IMG/VR virus record: IMGVR_UViG_3300036770_008730
Reading direction: 5' to 3' (one strand)
Length of the DNA stretch: 64,000 bases
Source: a virus
Taxonomy: Duplodnaviria > Caudoviricetes
Below are positions 62,980-64,000 of this stretch, piece after piece. The notes below the pieces were generated by a model that did no database searches, had not been told where the DNA came from, and saw only the letters and a program-made list of their open reading frames with translations. Position numbers and translations under genes: made by a program. How positions within the stretch are numbered: position 1 is the first letter of the stretch; the number at the start of each line of letters is the position of its first letter.

Positions 62980-64000
62980 ATGAAATATTTAGTTAAGTTT
63001 AAATTATTTGAGGAAATAAATTATAGAGATATCTCTGAAATTGTAACAGGGTTTGATGATTACTTTACCGTATCTTTTGAATTTGAAATCGAAACTGAAA
63101 GTCAAGATGATATAAAATTAAACTTTGAAGATTTAGATGATGAGATTGCTGAGGACATCATTGCCATAATTTTTAAAGATTTAGAAGTAAGAGGTAGAAC
63201 TAATAAAAAGTTTGTTAGAGATTTAGTTTATTCACTTTTAGACTATGTAGATAATGATGTTATTGATATAGAAACATATAATTCGATGTTTTCTGATGGA
63301 GTCGCTTCAAATAGCGAACAGATAAATATACTTAGACATGCAAAGGCTGTAATATCTAGTTTTATCGGCATTGAGGATTTGACACATCTTAAAAAGATGG
63401 TAAAATTACATTTATCTGACTTTTATAGAAAATGGTACAGAAGGATTGATTTTATTGGTGATGCTACCTTAGATAGGGGTATAGAAATTAAACCTAAAAC
63501 ATATCTAAAAAGTATTTCTGAATCTATTGAAATGTTGAACGACTTTTTTACAAATATGAAATCTCAGGATTATTGGGTTTTTTCGGAAAGAACTGGACTA
63601 CATATAAATGTTGGAACAAATAAAAAAAGTGAGTGGAATTCGATTAAAGGTCTATTGATTTTAAATGATATTTCAAAATCTGGAACACCTCTAGTATTTA
63701 AAGATATGACCTGGCGAATGAATAATAACTTTTGTGGATCACTTATATCTCAAATAAATAATATGAGTGATATTGAAAAATTAGATTTAAAATCTAAGAT
63801 TGATTTAAATAATGTCAACTCAGCAGAAGATATACTAAATCAATTTTTAGTAGAAAGAATAAAACTATGGGGTGTCAAAAACTTTGGATTTAATATAACA
63901 AAACTAGATCAGAATTATGTTGAATTTCGATATGTTGGTGGTATTATAAATTCAGAAGTTGTAATTGAAAAGCTTAAATATTTCTGTTTTTTGGTTTATT
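62980..64000 (+). CDS. Putative amidoligase (COOH-NH2 ligase type 2), partial at the window edge
   Basis: Not in the ORF track. Open from ATG 62980 to the end: SFEFEIE, GDATLDRGIEIKP, TGLHINVG, KNFGFN, YVEFRYVGG. Confidence 0.8.
   Translation, partial: MKYLVKFKLFEEINYRDISEIVTGFDDYFTVSFEFEIETESQDDIKLNFEDLDDEIAEDIIAIIFKDLEVRGRTNKKFVRDLVYSLLDYVDNDVIDIETYNSMFSDGVASNSEQINILRHAKAVISSFIGIEDLTHLKKMVKLHLSDFYRKWYRRIDFIGDATLDRGIEIKPKTYLKSISESIEMLNDFFTNMKSQDYWVFSERTGLHINVGTNKKSEWNSIKGLLILNDISKSGTPLVFKDMTWRMNNNFCGSLISQINNMSDIEKLDLKSKIDLNNVNSAEDILNQFLVERIKLWGVKNFGFNITKLDQNYVEFRYVGGIINSEVVIEKLKYFCFLVY

Noticed and set aside
1-64000. Stop-codon reassignment, as in some large phages
   Set aside because: Long genes are intact under code 11, and TAG (for example 24275, 53628, 62348) and TGA act as normal stops at gene boundaries.

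Overview
This window is a 64-kb slice of a very AT-rich, T4-like (myovirus-type) large phage genome read with the standard genetic code. The host is inferred to be Bacteroidota, from the tmRNA resume context, a Bacteroidota-style lipoprotein, D-(S/T)-(L/I/T) sequons, a flavobacterial-type glutamine synthetase and 5' UTRs without Shine-Dalgarno sites. It contains the head module (portal, protease-scaffold fusion, major capsid), about 25 kb of modular tail-fibre/adhesin genes, replication genes (C-terminal half of a split family-B DNA polymerase, sliding clamp, clamp loader, UvsY-like), a gp55-type late sigma factor, an endolysin, a tmRNA and many auxiliary enzymes (SET domain, PPK2, nucleotidyltransferase, NFACT-R, M20/M28 peptidase, NADAR, Dam, glutamine synthetase, amidoligase). 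Five observations stand out. (1) At least 11 late-promoter proteins, including five enzyme or RNA-binding domains, share an N-terminal motif like the T4 capsid-targeting sequence, suggesting a packaged and injected enzyme cargo. (2) The tmRNA has an unusually long, acidic tag lacking a terminal ALAA, and lies near a stand-alone NFACT-R gene. (3) A TAATATATA late promoter sits 4-5 nt before many start codons and 4 nt before the tmRNA 5' end, implying leaderless mRNAs. (4) The late sigma gene seems to lack an AUG start. (5) A 3.6-kb tail-gene cassette appears inserted into a lipoprotein gene at a 10-bp microhomology. All family calls come from motif recognition by eye; no database searches were run.
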